Shown here: positions 14,046-27,181 of the stretch, piece after piece
Layout: each line of letters begins with the position of its first letter
Position numbering within the stretch: position 1 is the stretch's first letter
Assembly (NCBI GenBank): GCA_964016885.1
Contig: OZ024742.1
Location: 363,506,001-363,570,000 of the forward strand
Origin: Eledone cirrhosa
Lineage: Eukaryota
DNA: 64,000 bases
Direction of reading: 5' to 3'
Translations under genes and position numbers: made by a program
The notes under the pieces: model-generated
Database searches by the model: none
What the model saw: only the letters and a program-made list of their open reading frames with translations
What the model was told of the DNA's origin: nothing

Positions 14046-14619
14046 CACTGTGTATTTTTGAAAATAGCATATATTGTCACTAACTCTGACAGTTTGGCAG
14101 GTGAACAGTGAGCTGTACTGATGAAGGGTGATACCCAGAAACATTAGTGTCTGCAGTTCTGTTTACATGCCAACATAAGAGCAAGAATGAAGTGTTCATT
14201 CTACTGACATGGCTATAACATTGAGGCTTGTTTGCATAATTGCAAACGAATCCAGTGTTATTATTAATATTCTAAAAACTCAGATTACGTTTATATATGT
14301 ATATATATATATTCGCTCGCATTACCTCAACATGATAATACATGACCAGCGGCATATCTGTATAGTTGCATAACTACACCTCATAATTGTATGAACAGCT
14401 GATGATGTCACACGGAGACTGTCAATGGTATAACCATGGATTTGACATATATAATATGCAATAAAACATTTATGTAAAAGTAAGCATGTCTTAACAATAT
14501 TTCACACCTAATCACTACTGACGTAAAGTGCTTTTCGATTGCTTAAAACAGTTTATTCTGGTGGCGTCATAACTTCACCTCCACCGATAAAGATCCTTTT
14601 CTCCAAGACAAAGGTTAAT

Positions 14620-14755
14620 AGAGATTGGTACCTGTGACTTTGCAACTCGTTTCTATAGAATTGGAGCAACGCAATGCTTGGTCCGAGAATCGAACTCAAA
14701 ACCTCATGACCTCATGATCGTTAGCCCGACGATCTAACCACTAAGCCATGCGCTT

Positions 14756-14758
<3 letters not shown>
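14620..14758 (-). mobile_element. Decayed tRNA-headed SINE (second family)
   Basis: The minus strand has an A box (tggcttagtgg) and a B box (gagttcgattc) but no complete cloverleaf. Confidence 0.55.
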
Positions 14759-14831
<73 letters not shown>

Positions 14832-14947
14832 AGAGAGAAATAGAGAGAGAGACGGTGAGAGGGAGAGGGAGATAGATACATAGGTAGATACACACACACA
14901 CGCACACATAATATACATATATCTATCTATATATATATATATATATA

Positions 14948-15352
14948 GTAATAATAATAAATTTGAAGACTAAAATCCAAAGAAGGCTCGATAAGGATAA
15001 ATATATATCAAATATATAAGAACCGTAGAGCAAATATTTATCAAAATAACAGATTAAAGTTTAAGCAAAGAATCGCTGCTTTCAACCTTAACGGGATCTT
15101 CTGAAACTAACACAGTCAATCTGTGAACGCAGAAGTGAATATTTCAAAAAACGTTGCAACCGGAGGAAGACAGGAAGACAATACTTTGGTTCGTAGAAAC
15201 ATTCCCTGACAGAGAACGGGAGTTACAGCATTATGTAGCAGTTGATGGTAACTACTGCGCTCCTCACAGATTGACTTTGTTAGTTTGAGAAGATCCCGTT
15301 AAGGGTGAAAGCAGCGATTCTTTGCTTAAACTTTAATCTGTTATTTTAATAA
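14948..15352. mobile_element. Family D PLE terminus with inverted partial copy
   Basis: 15040-15126 is inverted at 15265-15350. Homologous to 24160-24430. Confidence 0.8.
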
Positions 15353-15366
15353 AAAAAATATATATA

Positions 15367-15800
15367 TGCAGAGGTTATATTTAATTTGTTGGGATTCAAC
15401 AAGCTTAAACATTTTTATAACTGATATAAAGCACTCAACAAGTTAGTGGAGTAATAAATGGAAACTATATTTATAAAACCATAATTATTTTATTATATAT
15501 ATTTCAAGAGCGACCAAGGTAAATTATGGTGCGCTTTCATCAAATAAAATACAGATTTGTTTCATAAATAAATTTTGACATACCCGGAAATAAGACAACC
15601 TCGACGGTTGAAGACCATCCAGCGAATTTCAACCATTGAGGTTGTCTTTTTTCCCGGTATGTCAATATTTATTTATCAAACAAATCTGTATTTTATCTGA
15701 TGAAAGCGCACCATAATTTACCTTGGTACCCCTGGAAATATATATAATAAAATAATTATGGTTTTATAAATATAATTTACATTTATTAATATATTGTATA
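15367..15800. mobile_element. Fold-back pair of family A-related pLTRs with an HHR on each strand
   Basis: Arms are about 15453-15612 and 15633-15787, with a tail at 15367-15452. The plus HHR is at 15689-15754 and the minus HHR at about 15486-15551. Confidence 0.85.
15689..15754 (+). ncRNA. Minimal type I hammerhead ribozyme
   Basis: Helix I tattttat/ataaaata (8 bp), intact CTGATGA and GAAA, palindromic TATATA helix III, cleavage triplet AUA. Helix II is partly mismatched. Confidence 0.7.
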
Positions 15801-15810
15801 TATATATATA

Positions 15811-16266
15811 TTAAAATAACAGATTAAAGTTTAAGCAAAGAATCGCTGCTTTCACACTTAACGGGATCTTCTGAAATTAAAAAAAGTCAATCTGTGAACG
15901 CAGAAGTAAATATTTCAAAAAACGTTGCAACGGAAGGAAGACAGGAAGACGATTCTTTGGTTCGTGGAAACGTTCCCTTCACAAAACATACAGGTAATAT
16001 ATACTTACCTATACGAATAAGTAATGTTATTAACATAACATGTCCTTAGCTACCACATCAAGACGTAAAATATCCACATATAGTTCATACTATCCGTTAT
16101 GGTTTAATGTGGGGCTGTAATACAGGAAAGTTTTGTGCAATTTATGTTTACAAGCCGAAATTGCTTCAGATTTTTTGTTTAAGATGTGGTCTTTGGCGTA
16201 GAGTTTTTGCAGGGCCACAGCAGATCTCGCAGTGTAACTTATATTGGGTTTGGTTGTCTTTTAGAC

Positions 16267-16270
<4 letters not shown>
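15811..16270 (-). mobile_element. Internally deleted family D PLE 3' fragment
   Basis: Matches 24252-24420 joined to 25130-25455. Confidence 0.75.
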
Positions 16271-16327
<57 letters not shown>

Positions 16328-16333
<6 letters not shown>

Positions 16334-16595
16334 AACACCGAACAGCGGAGGACACGTTTCGCACCTTTCCGACAGATACTCCCCTCCCCTTCGGACCCCC
16401 CCTCAGTTGATTGATGGATGTGAATCCGAAATATATAGGGACAATTAAATCTCTCCCAAGGTAACTTTATCTCGTGTTATTATTTTTATCCTTTACGCTC
16501 TTTCCTACATTCTTCTAAATCTCTCTCTCCACCACTGGATCTTGTTACCCGGAGATTTACCCGTCTGCATTGTTGAGGCTTCCAAAACGACCTAA

Positions 16596-16600
<5 letters not shown>
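16328..16600 (+). mobile_element. Solo pLTR of the 11707-13235 Penelope family
   Basis: Homologous to 12873-13192 and flanked by (TA)n on both sides. Confidence 0.8.
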
Positions 16601-16663
<63 letters not shown>

Positions 16664-16664
<1 letters not shown>

Positions 16665-17015
16665 GATGAAATCGAAAATGTAAGTAGAGTCTTATTTAAA
16701 AAAAATATATATATATTTATTTGGTTCCTTTACCCGTTTCGCAGTTCTTCTGCTTTTCAAAGGTAGAGTTGAGATGGAGGGTTTGTGGTTTTTGTCACAT
16801 CAGATGTGAGAAAAACCACAGAATCTCCATCTCCAACTCTACTTTTGAAAAGCAGAAGAACTGCGAAACCGGTAAAGGAACCAAATAAATATATATATAT
16901 TTTTTTAAAAATAAGACTCCAGTTGCATTTTCGATTTCATCTTTTTTCCTCTATACTTTCACTCGTGTAGGACACCTCGGTTACTTTTCATTTTGTAAAA
17001 AAACCTCACTTTCTT
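16664..17015. mobile_element. Fold-back cassette centred on 16802 with U3-A8 hammerhead variants on both strands
   Basis: Arms 16664-16801 and 16803-16942 surround a 1-nt spacer, with a tail to about 17015. The plus HHR at 16842-16877 is ctt-TTGAAAA-gcag-aagaa-ctgc-GAAA-ccgg-TA-aag. A single-arm copy lies at 61532-61671 (-). Confidence 0.8.
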
Positions 17016-17039
17016 ATATATATATATATATATATATAT

Positions 17040-17195
17040 TTCGTTTCTGAATTTGTTTAGCAAGATTCTTTATCTGAAAACGTGTGTTGAAACCGATATT
17101 GTTACACTTTGGGAGGGTCATGTTGCCAATAAGAAACACACGCACCAGTTGCTTTTACTTCAATTTATTATAATAAATTGAAGTAAAAGCAACTG

Positions 17196-17200
<5 letters not shown>
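17040..17200 (-). mobile_element. Family B pLTR end with a spacer-less hairpin centred at 17170/17171
   Basis: Matches 23654-23785. Sequence caccagttgcttttacttcaatttatta|taataaattgaagtaaaagcaactggtg. Confidence 0.8.
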
Positions 17201-17270
<70 letters not shown>

Positions 17271-17277
<7 letters not shown>

Positions 17278-18261
17278 AAATAAAATAAATAAGTAAAATG
17301 TTTAAAATTTAGCTTCGTTTATTACTGCTATATATATTTCGGTGACAGCCATCTTTGGCTGTGACCTCTTTAGGCAGTCCGAATTAGTGTGGTATAGACA
17401 AGTACATATGTTGTTGAGGTGTATAACTTTGTCCATACTCTGATATGTCCAGTTCCTGGTTGGGTTGTTATTTCACTGAGGAACTGGAATCATATGAATT
17501 CAAACAAGCGAATTTCAGTGTCAAACGGCCTCTTCTCCTCTCATTGGTCAGTTGTTAGAACATTCCTCATTCAAAAATCTATAGAAATTCGTTCTGAGGC
17601 AAGAAAATCTGCAGTTGTTGTTCTTGTTGTTGTTAGGTACATCTGACCTCAATTCTTGTGTTGGTAGTGTTGTTATTGTTGGAGTTAGCTCAACAAAATT
17701 GATAAAGTGGTAGAAGGAATAAGATGGTAAAAGAACAAAATAACAAAAAAATGTCAAACTTCCCATTGGTCAGTTTTGAGAGCATTCCTCAGTCAAAAGT
17801 CTATAGAAATTCTTTCTGGGGTGAGGCTCCCTGTAGTGTAGTTGTTTGCTGTTGTTAAGTACATCTGACCTCTACCCTTATTTTGGTAGTGTTGTTGGTG
17901 TTGTGGTCAGCTTATGTCTTGCTGCTGCTGACAATTTAGAATATATGTGTGTGTTTTTTCATCCCTCCTGCCACCATCTCCCGTAGTGATGGTGGTGGTG
18001 GTGGGGGTCTTTCATCTATATGAAGAAATATAAGGCAATAAAATGAAGAAAACAGAAAATAAATGCCTGAAGAGGTCACAGCCAAAGATGGCTGTCACCG
18101 AAATATATATATAGCAGTAATAAACGAAGCTAAATTTTAAACATTTGACTTATTTATTTTATTTTATTTTACATTATTCCGGAGTAACCAAAACAATCTG
18201 CGCACTTCGTCGAGTGCTCCACTCTGCATACTGAGGTGTTGGTATACAACCAACATATACT

Positions 18262-18265
<4 letters not shown>
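17271..18265. mobile_element. PLE-type cassette with inverted HHR-bearing arms (family E)
   Basis: 17271-17376 is inverted at 18064-18169, with a tail at 18170-18265. The plus HHR at 18064-18116 is tgc-CTGAAGA-ggt-cacagcca-aaga-tggctgt-cacc-GAAA-tatatata-TA-gca. The minus copy has CTAAAGA. The spacer holds an internal duplication of about 150 bp (17540 and 17763). Confidence 0.8.
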
Positions 18266-18310
<45 letters not shown>

Positions 18311-18311
<1 letters not shown>

Positions 18312-18790
18312 TAGCTAAAGTACCTGCCCATTGGACGGTTCAAGTAGCTTTCAATGTAGCTCATTAAACTAAACAAAGTAAATATGAATACACAGAAGAA
18401 AAACGTACTTTATGTAAACATGAAAACCTTAGGCACTATTCCAGCGAAATAATTAATATGTGAGTTATCCCATGTAACAACAGAAATCCAGTCTAGGTAT
18501 AAATTTTTTTGACAACAGTAAAAGCGCATCATGAAATAGAGAAGTGAAGTGAATAATAGACACTATTATGTACATAGGTTGGAATAACAACGCAGATTGG
18601 ACATAACAGTGGGGAACTGATGGATGAGCAAATCGTTATAAAAAGAGGTGGATGTTGGGTGGGAGCACTCATTGTCTTTTGGATTATTGAAGAACAGATT
18701 TATACACAACATGTTTGGTTTTCCCGTGAGGAGCATAAATATATAGGTTGTCAGGATTACCAACTCGAGAACAGCCAACGTCATCAAAAA
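18311..18790 (-). mobile_element. Helitron 3' end (helicase C-terminus, subterminal hairpin, CTAG terminus)
   Basis: The minus strand translates VGCSRVGNPDNLYIYAPHGKTKHVVYKSVLQ*, the end of the Helitron PIF1-type helicase. The terminus is accgtccaatgggcaggt-actttag-CTAG followed by T. The 5' extent is uncertain. Confidence 0.85.
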
Positions 18791-20199
18791 TGAGTTCCTA
18801 TTGTATTGACGAAAGATAACTCTTGTCTTACTTAATCACGAAAATTGACACAAATAACCGAAACTTTTTTAATGTCTCCAATGCCCCAATAACGATTTTT
18901 GAAAGCCTTTGTAGATCATATACAGGTTGTGTGCAAGGAGAAGCTCTGTATAAAATTTCAAAGAAATCGCATGAATGTTTTAGAATATATGAGACCCCAT
19001 TAAAAATTGTCCACACACACATACACACACACACACACAGAAAACTTCATCTTTATATGTATACATACACACATATATATATATATATATTATTGTTATA
19101 TTTTGCGAAGTTCCTGAATTGTACCGCGGTATAACCACGGTTGAGAAAGGTACTCAATACGTTATTAGAGGAGAGGCTTCTCTTTTGTATATAGACCCGA
19201 CTTCTGCAAAACTACAAATGTTTTATTCGTATGAAATCATTAATGACACAAATCTTTGATTTACTAGGAAAATACCCATTTCTACACTTGAATAAAACAT
19301 CTCAGTTGTTGAGAAATTCCTTGGTAAATAACCATGGTAACTTTATTATTTTACGTCTATTATGTTTGAAATCTATTATGGCGGCCAACATCAACCTTTT
19401 CAATGGCACTGTAGGATTTTCCAATAATGGTGCTTAACTTTTTAACTTCTTTGCTCCATTATGTTAGAACGTCTCTAGCATCTAGCCAATAGCTTCTGTA
19501 CTCAATTGGTGTTCTTTGTTTGCAATGTATGTAGTTGTGGTATTTTTATATCAACTGCGTCTGGTCGTTTTCTTTTTTTTTTGTTCTCACGATGCGTGTC
19601 TCATTTGACTGATCAACAGATGAGTATTCTCGTGTCAATGATAGAAAATTTAGTAGACGCGTTTAGCCCTTATATATTTCTCGGCAATATTGAGCTTGCC
19701 ATATTGTATGACATTATATGCATATTGTATTACAGATGCAACTCATATTTTTAGTGGAATGGACTCCTGTAACGTGAAGTAAAATGTTTCGCAAAGTGGA
19801 ATAATCTACCCACTAAGGTACACCCAGTCAGTGTCTCTACTTATGCAATGTAGTATGTTATTAGTACTGTAGTGTAGTTCATACGTTTCTAACGTTACGT
19901 CTGTATGTCTCTTGTTGCTCTGGTGTAGTTCATACCAGGCCGCAAATAAAGCTGCTCTTTTGGTATCATAAACTCCGCCATGTTTAAGACGTATCGTTAG
20001 AATTCTAGTATAAAATTGTATTTTTTGTGTCTGTTAATGTCTGTATTTCCAACTTTTACTGCCTTGAGTGGTGATTCTCTAAATACTTCTGTTGCTAAAT
20101 TTTGAACTGGCTGATCACATGACACAAAACAAATATGTTAAAGTAATGACAAAATCAAGAGAAGAGAAACTGAGGAGTTGAGAGACATATGTATGTATG

Positions 20200-20692
20200 T
20201 AGGCACGCGACACTAAAAAGAGATGTCCGGAAAGGAATCCATGTTGGCCTTCCCGAAGGCACTGACAGACGGCATGACTTGACATGTGAGACCTGTAATA
20301 GGGTTTGTCTGAGCATGGCAGATCTAAAGAGTAACCTGAGAGGGCACAAGAACAGGGAAGCAGGCACCTGTGGAGCTATAAGTGTTCATCAGACGACGAC
20401 ATGTGATGTTTGTGGAAGGGTATGGAGGTCGAGTAGTGATCTCACACGACACCTTGGGTCACATGGTGCATGGGCCCAGTATGTATGTATGTATGTACCT
20501 GTCGTCAAATGGTACCATGGGCCCAGCACTATGTGTCAATGATTGTCACAAGTGTAGTGTTTGTACCAGAGTTTTTCAAGTTGCTGGCTGGACTAAAAAT
20601 CACACTCGTTTAGCGCATCGGTAGGGGTTCTCCTACATGGATATAAAGTGGTGGCCGTACTCGAAAACGAGTTGGCAGCCACCATGTATATA

Positions 20693-20728
<36 letters not shown>

Positions 20729-21160
20729 TGTATGTATGTATGTATATATGTATCCGGGAGAGATGACCCCTTAGCCTTTGTCAAGGCAGAATTCTAGGAG
20801 AAGGAAAACTCTGATATAACACCTGCAACCCTGATGGTATCCAATGATGTTGACTTGTTCTTCTTTTTGGTAAATATCATCTTGGTTAAGAGAGTGGGAC
20901 TGGCTTTGTGCAGTGCCTTTACTCACTATAAAAGCTTCACGGCACAGGCATTGCTTTATATCTGGAGATCTCTCTGCACTTGTCGTGACATGGTGCCAGC
21001 ACTGTGTGTCAATGAGTGTCACAAGTGTAGTGTTTGTACCAGTGTTTTCAAGTCGCTGGCTGGACTAAAAAGTCACACTTGTTTAGCGCATCGGTAGGGA
21101 TTCTCCTACATGGATATAAAGTAGTGGCCGTACTCGAAAACGAGTTGGCAGCCACCATGT
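20200..21160 (+). mobile_element. RTE-like LINE 3' ends with C2H2-type zinc-finger remnants, tandemly duplicated, with (GTAT)n tails
   Basis: CETCNRVCLSMADLKSNLRGH, CDVCGRVWRSSSDLTRHLGSH and CSVCTSVFKSLAGLKSH. The 3' UTR with hairpin ctcg-aaaa-cgag is repeated at about 20520-20687 and 20990-21160, each followed by (gtat)n. Confidence 0.65.
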
Positions 21161-22090
21161 ATGTATGTATGTATGTATGTATGTATGTATGTATGTATGT
21201 ATGTATGTATGTATGTTTGTATGTATGTATGTATGTTTGTATGTATGTATGTATTTATGTATGTATGTATGTATGTGTGTGTGTATGTGTGTATGTATAT
21301 GTGTATGTATGTATGTGTATGTATGTGTCTATGCATGTGTGTAGGTGTGTGTATGTAAATGTGTATGTATGTATGTGAGTGTATGTGTGTATGTATGTAT
21401 ATATGTGTGTATATGTGTGTATGTATGCATATACGTATGTATATATGCAGGGATGTATATAGGTATGTATGTGTTTATGCATATATGCATGTACGTATAT
21501 ATGTTGAGTATAAGTATGTGTCTGCATGTATGTGTGTATGTTTGTATGTATGTGGATGTACTAAAAGTGACGTACATATATGAAGTGAGTGTTAGAATTT
21601 GTTTAAAGTAAAAATCTAATTATATTCCATTGTCCCTCAGCTCTTCTTATTGGTGAACGTCTAATAATGGTGTTGACAAGAGAAAATGTAACACAACGCA
21701 TTATAACTATCAACCAAAAACAATGATGTTATACTTTGAACGTGTTGTCAATTGAAGTAGATCTGAAAGATGTGTGAAAAAATGATGTCCAAGGGCAGAG
21801 GAGAAAATTTGAAACATTAATGATTTTAGAAATTTTCTTTAGCAGTCCGCGTTTACGAATATTTTAGAATGTATTTAAACAAATTGATGGTGTATAAGTC
21901 GTTGGAAATAGAATAGAAAACCTTCAGTGTGTGGCAGGGAATAATAACATTTGATTTAATGTAGGAAAATAATACATATTCACACACGAACAGGCGGGAC
22001 GCATGGATACATATATTACTGGTTAATCCCTATTATTGACTCAACATGATGGAAATCTAACAAATCTAAAGGCCTTGTCGAAAGAGATTA

Positions 22091-22165
<75 letters not shown>

Positions 22166-22451
22166 TATAGTTATCCATTTTTCTTTATTTTTATCGCTTT
22201 TTATCTCCCTTTTTTGTTTCGCTAATTGTAACTCTACCGCTCTCTCATGCTTTAATAGCTCTATAAGAATGTTTATATAAACAATGGTAAGGAATTGTCA
22301 AAGGAGCTGGACGTTAGGTGATCAGGGAAGATACGTCTCTAAAACAAGGGTTTCGGTCCTTATCTGAAGGAAGACCGTCATCATTGAGGATGTTCTAAAC
22401 TTCTGTATGTACCCCGACTCTTAATCGACACTACTTCAGTTCGGATGTGAC

Positions 22452-22610
22452 AAGAAGAAGAAGAAGAAGAAGAAGAAGAAGAAGAAGAAGAAGAAGAAGG
22501 AGGAGGAGGAGGAGGAGGAGGAGGAAGAAGAAGAAGAAGAAGAAGAAGAAGAAGAAGAAGAAGAAGAAGAAGAAGAAGAAGAAGAAGAAGAAGAAGAAGA
22601 AGAAGAAGAA
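22452..22610. repeat. (GAA)n-(GGA)n-(GAA)n polypurine microsatellite
   Basis: About 160 bp of pure purine tract, seen directly. Confidence 0.95.
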
Positions 22611-23114
22611 TTCGGACACAAGACCAGTAGATATGGGAGAAACTGAAAGAGGATTAATTAATTCACCTCAATAGTTGACCAATAATTTAATTTATCAACC
22701 CTGGAAATAATGTACGACATTGATTTTGACGTGATTTGAACCCAGAATGTAATATCCAAAAGCTTTGTTTATTCTGCCAATATATCTCAATTACGTATTC
22801 CATCCGATAGGCTGAGGCCATGCTGGAGCACCACCCTCATTCCAATACAGAATAATATTTCTAAAATAGGTACAAGGCAGGTAATTTGGAGGAAGGAAAA
22901 ACGAAGTTACATCGATCTTTGTATATAACTGGTACAGTATTTCATCGAACCTGGTATTTGAACTCAGAGTACAGACAGAACAAATATTTCACATTTTATT
23001 CTCCTTAAAGCTCTAACTTTACCAATCCAACAACGTAAAATACTGCACACCATATTAAACTAATTTATGGCTTAGTGAAACATTTAACGTTTGAGATATG
23101 TAGCGACAAATAAA

Positions 23115-23184
<70 letters not shown>

Positions 23185-23376
23185 TATATATATATATATA
23201 TATAAAACGATCGTTAAATAATGAACTTTTTTTGTTTAATATAAGGAACTGTTTCATTGTTTTATTCATTATTTTTTTAACATTTTATATATATATATAT
23301 ATAGATATATTTATATATATGTATATATTTATACACACACACATATATGTATATATATATATATGTATATATTTAT

Positions 23377-23431
<55 letters not shown>

Positions 23432-23546
23432 CACACACACATATATATACATATATATATATATACATATATATGCAAATATATACATATATATATATAT
23501 GTATAAATATACATATATATATATGTATAAATATATATATGTATAA

Positions 23547-23652
<106 letters not shown>

Positions 23653-23653
23653 A

Positions 23654-24129
23654 TTTCGTTTCTGAATTTGTTTAGCAAGATTCTTTATCTGAAATCGTGT
23701 GTTGAAACCGATATTGTTATACTTTGGGAGGGTCATGTTGCCAATAAGAAACACACGCACCAGTTGCTTTCACTTCAATTTATTATATATTTATAAATTT
23801 ATAAATCTACAAACTTATATATTTCTGGTTGGTTGGTTGGTTCCACAACCAGATAGTTGTTTATATATAGTCATAGTCCTTTCGTCACACACTCTGTGAC
23901 CTTTTCAGTGACTGGGGATTCCTTTCTTTGTTTCTGTGCCTGAAGAGCTCACAGAGTGTGTGACGAAAGGACTATGACTATATATAAACAACTATCTGGT
24001 TGTGGAACCAACCAACCAACCAGAAATTTATAAGTTTGTAGATTTATAATTTTATAAATATATAATAAATTGAAGTGAAAGCAACTGGTGCGTGTGTTTC
24101 TTATTGGCAACATGACCCTCCCAAAGTAT

Positions 24130-24137
<8 letters not shown>
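23654..24137. mobile_element. Fold-back pair of family B pLTRs with HHR motifs on both strands
   Basis: Arms are about 23710-23908 and 23940-24137, with a tail at 23654-23709, all between (TA)n tracts. Minus HHR: agtca-CTGAAAA-g-gtcaca..tgtgac-GAAA-ggac-TA-tgact. The plus copy has CTGAAGA but lacks the 5' strand of helix I. Confidence 0.85.
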
Positions 24138-24159
<22 letters not shown>

Positions 24160-24160
<1 letters not shown>

Positions 24161-25476
24161 GTAATAATAATAAATTTGAAGACTAAAATCCAAAGAGGGC
24201 TCGATAAGGATAAATATATATAAAATATACAAGAACCGTAGAGCAAATATTTATTAAAATAACAGATTAAAGTTTAAGCAAAGAAACGCTGCTTTCACCC
24301 TTAACGGGATCTTCTGAAACTAACAAAGTCAATCTGTGAACGCAGAAGTGAATATTTCAAACAACGTTGCAACCGGGGAAGAGAGGAAGCTGATACTTTG
24401 GTTCGTGGAAACGTTCCCTGGTAAAGAACGGGAAAAAACGAATATAATACATTATTTGGAGCGGTGAAAAACAATTACACGCAAAACAGAACCACGTTTA
24501 TGGTATAAAAGAAGTCGTAGACTAATATTCTATTAGGTGGTTCATAGAGACGTTCTCTGGCAATGAACGAAAAAAACGAAGATAATACGTCATATGTGGA
24601 GCGTTGAGAACAATTACACGTAAAGACAAAACCACGTAAATGGTATAACTGAAGTCGTAGACAAAAATTCTAACTAGGAAACCGAATGACTCTCGGCTTC
24701 AGAGTTAAGAATAAAGTAAATAAAATACAGAGGTAATAGAAATTAAATAAATACATACACGCATCCAAATACGTACATACACAAGCATACGCGAAAACAC
24801 TCGCCGTAGGTATACAAATATACGCACATATAAATATGTGTGTGTGTGTGTGCGTGTATACAAATATTTAAATAAACGTATATAAATAAATAAATACGTA
24901 TATAACAAGCGCACACACATACCTACATGTAAATACACAAATGTTCGGAGACGTATGTCAACCAAAACACGAAGTACACATATACACACAACCTACATAC
25001 ATACGAACCCGCATACTCACACAGACGCAAAACTCACGTATACACATAACCAAAGCATATGTACCAGAATATATAAAATATACGCCATAACATATTCAAT
25101 CAAATATACGTACGAGAAATTATACGTACCTTCACAAAACATACAGTTAATATATACTTACCTATGCAAATAAGTAATGGTATAAACATAACATATACTT
25201 ATCTACCACATCAAGACGTAAAATATCCGCGTATAGATCGTACTATCTGTTAGGGTATAATGTGGGGCTGTAATACAGGAAAGTTTTGTGCAATTTATGT
25301 TTACAAGCCAAAATTGCCTCAGATTTTTTGTTCAAGATGTGGTCTGTGGCGTAGAGTATTTCCAGGTCACATTGTCTTTTATTTCCGTTATACGATATAG
25401 CCCTAGCTAGGATCTCCCAGTGTAACTTATATTGGGTGTGGTTCTTTTAGACTCCAGATATCAGCTGAAAGTGACG

Positions 25477-25478
<2 letters not shown>
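24160..25478 (-). mobile_element. PLE 3' fragment (family D): GIY-YIG C-terminus and long 3' UTR
   Basis: The minus strand reads KLHWEILARAISYNGNKRQCDL...ILNKKSEAILACKHK, the same C-terminal pattern as the 55-58 kb element. The UTR has a tandem duplication of about 139 bp (24408-24670). Confidence 0.75.
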
Positions 25479-25529
<51 letters not shown>

Positions 25530-26179
25530 TAAATATATAATGAAACAATAAATTGGACAAAAGGCAGCAAGGACACCCGGATATATCGTGTTAATAATAA
25601 TACTACTGTAACTTAATATTCGAGAAATGAAAAGCTGCGTCTGTATAAGAAAAACTATCAACAAGCTATCAGTGGAGGGGGAAATGTTGGTAAAGCAGGA
25701 AATCGGACACGAAGAATAGACATTTACATCAAATATATCATGCATTAGATTATTGCAATATTATAACATAAGAAAACAAGATCTGTTGAATAATAGTAGA
25801 AAGTAGTTTATGTGAGATCAAACGACCAGTTGTCTTCATCAAACATACAAAAATAATAACAATAACAGAAATAACAACAATAACCCAAAATGTTTAGGAA
25901 ACCTCATCGTTTGGTGACAAATTCTTTGAAATTCTTCAAAGCCCGATTATTCAACAACTTTATTATCATTATTATTATGAAATCTCTCCAAATGACTCAT
26001 AAAATAAAGCTATTAGGAAAGCTGGAGATATCAAAATGTCTGAAAGCAGCCTTGCTTCTACAATACGAAACATTTTGTTTTGAAGTATTTACATTTATCA
26101 GAAAAAAAACTTCTATCATAATGGTTTTTGATTTAGCTACAAGGTGAGCAAATATTTTTGAGGAGGGCCCGGTGATGGT

Positions 26180-26350
26180 CAATTCTAGTAAATTGATCCC
26201 AGTACATTACTGGGACTTTATTTAATCGACCCCGTAAGGATGAAAGGCAAAGCTAATCTTGGCGGGATATGAAAATCAGAAGGTAAAGGGACATATCTCT
26301 ATGCAACAAATCACAGTATCCGCTGCTATACCGATGCTGCCAATTCCCCC
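26180..26350 (-). mobile_element. Diverged SINE copy
   Basis: Reverse complement of the core (atcgaccccgtaaggatgaaaggcaaag). Further decayed copies lie near 13285, 22690, 22920 and 26470-26600. Confidence 0.7.
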
Positions 26351-26717
26351 AAACTAATATCTTTCATCATAATGTTAAGAAGCTTTGTTAATAAGGATCC
26401 AAACACCACCTTAATAATCATTCCTAAAGTTGGCCAGCAATATCTGGGGAGTGGGTCTATGTTATGGCCCTCAGTACATTACTGGTACATTTTATCGAAC
26501 CCAGAAGAATGAAAGACAATGTTGACATTGATGGAATTTGAACTCAGAACGTAAAGAGTCGTAATGAAATACTGCAATGGGACGCTTTAATAATTCTGCC
26601 TCACCACTCACCAGCTAAATAATGAGAACGTTAGGAATTGTATTAAATCCCTCCATATTTTTGATAATTTTCAAAATCATATAAAAATCAAAGGCCTCTT
26701 TTTCTCAGATATATGAT

Positions 26718-27085
26718 GCTGCAGGCTTCCACTCCCATCTTGTGCTGGACCGAGGGGACGGCAAAAGGCCAGACGGCATGACCATCTTCCCGTTCTGTGT
26801 AGGTAAACCCCTCACCCGGGATGCCACATGCAGCGACACTTTCTCCAGCGGCAACTTGTGTAGTCTGTAACTAATCCAGACTCTGTAAACTCTCCAAATA
26901 TCGGTCGCTCTCCGACTGGTTTGTGGTCGAGCCCTTAGCAGTGGATACTTCGCACTAGGTTTACTCCCTACTCACCACCATCGGCACCCAGCTGGCTAGC
27001 CGCAGGTGTGAGCCTCGCGAGTTGGAATAGCTCATCAAACACGTGTCCCTCACCACCCACCGTGGACTCTCAGTATCTTATAATA
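26718..27085 (+). mobile_element. CRE-clade-like non-LTR retrotransposon 3' fragment
   Basis: LDRGDGKRPDGMTIFPFCVGKPLTRDATCSDTF...KYRSLSDWFVVEPLAVDTS: the RLE catalytic RPDG...D motif. Followed by GA-rich sequence. Confidence 0.75.
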
Positions 27086-27181
27086 GGGAGAGACAGTGGC
27101 AGTGAGTGCAAGAGAGAGTATATCAACGCACACACAAACACATATATACTCATATCTATCTATCTATCAAATGATCTATCT

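Noticed and set aside
20189-21097. Possible host C2H2 zinc-finger gene
   Set aside because: The fingers lack TGEKP linkers, are broken by microsatellite insertions and are followed by a duplicated LINE-type 3' UTR with (GTAT)n tails. RTE-like termini explain them better.
22345-22392. Minus-strand ATGATGA-cggtc...gacc-GAAA motif
   Set aside because: It has a C3A change and no helix I pairing, so it is too degenerate to call.
24280-24325. Family D motif CAGAAGA-t-ccc-gttaa-ggg-t-GAAA as an active hammerhead
   Set aside because: The copies carry a U4A core change, and I find no convincing helix I or UH site. Kept only as a possible relic.
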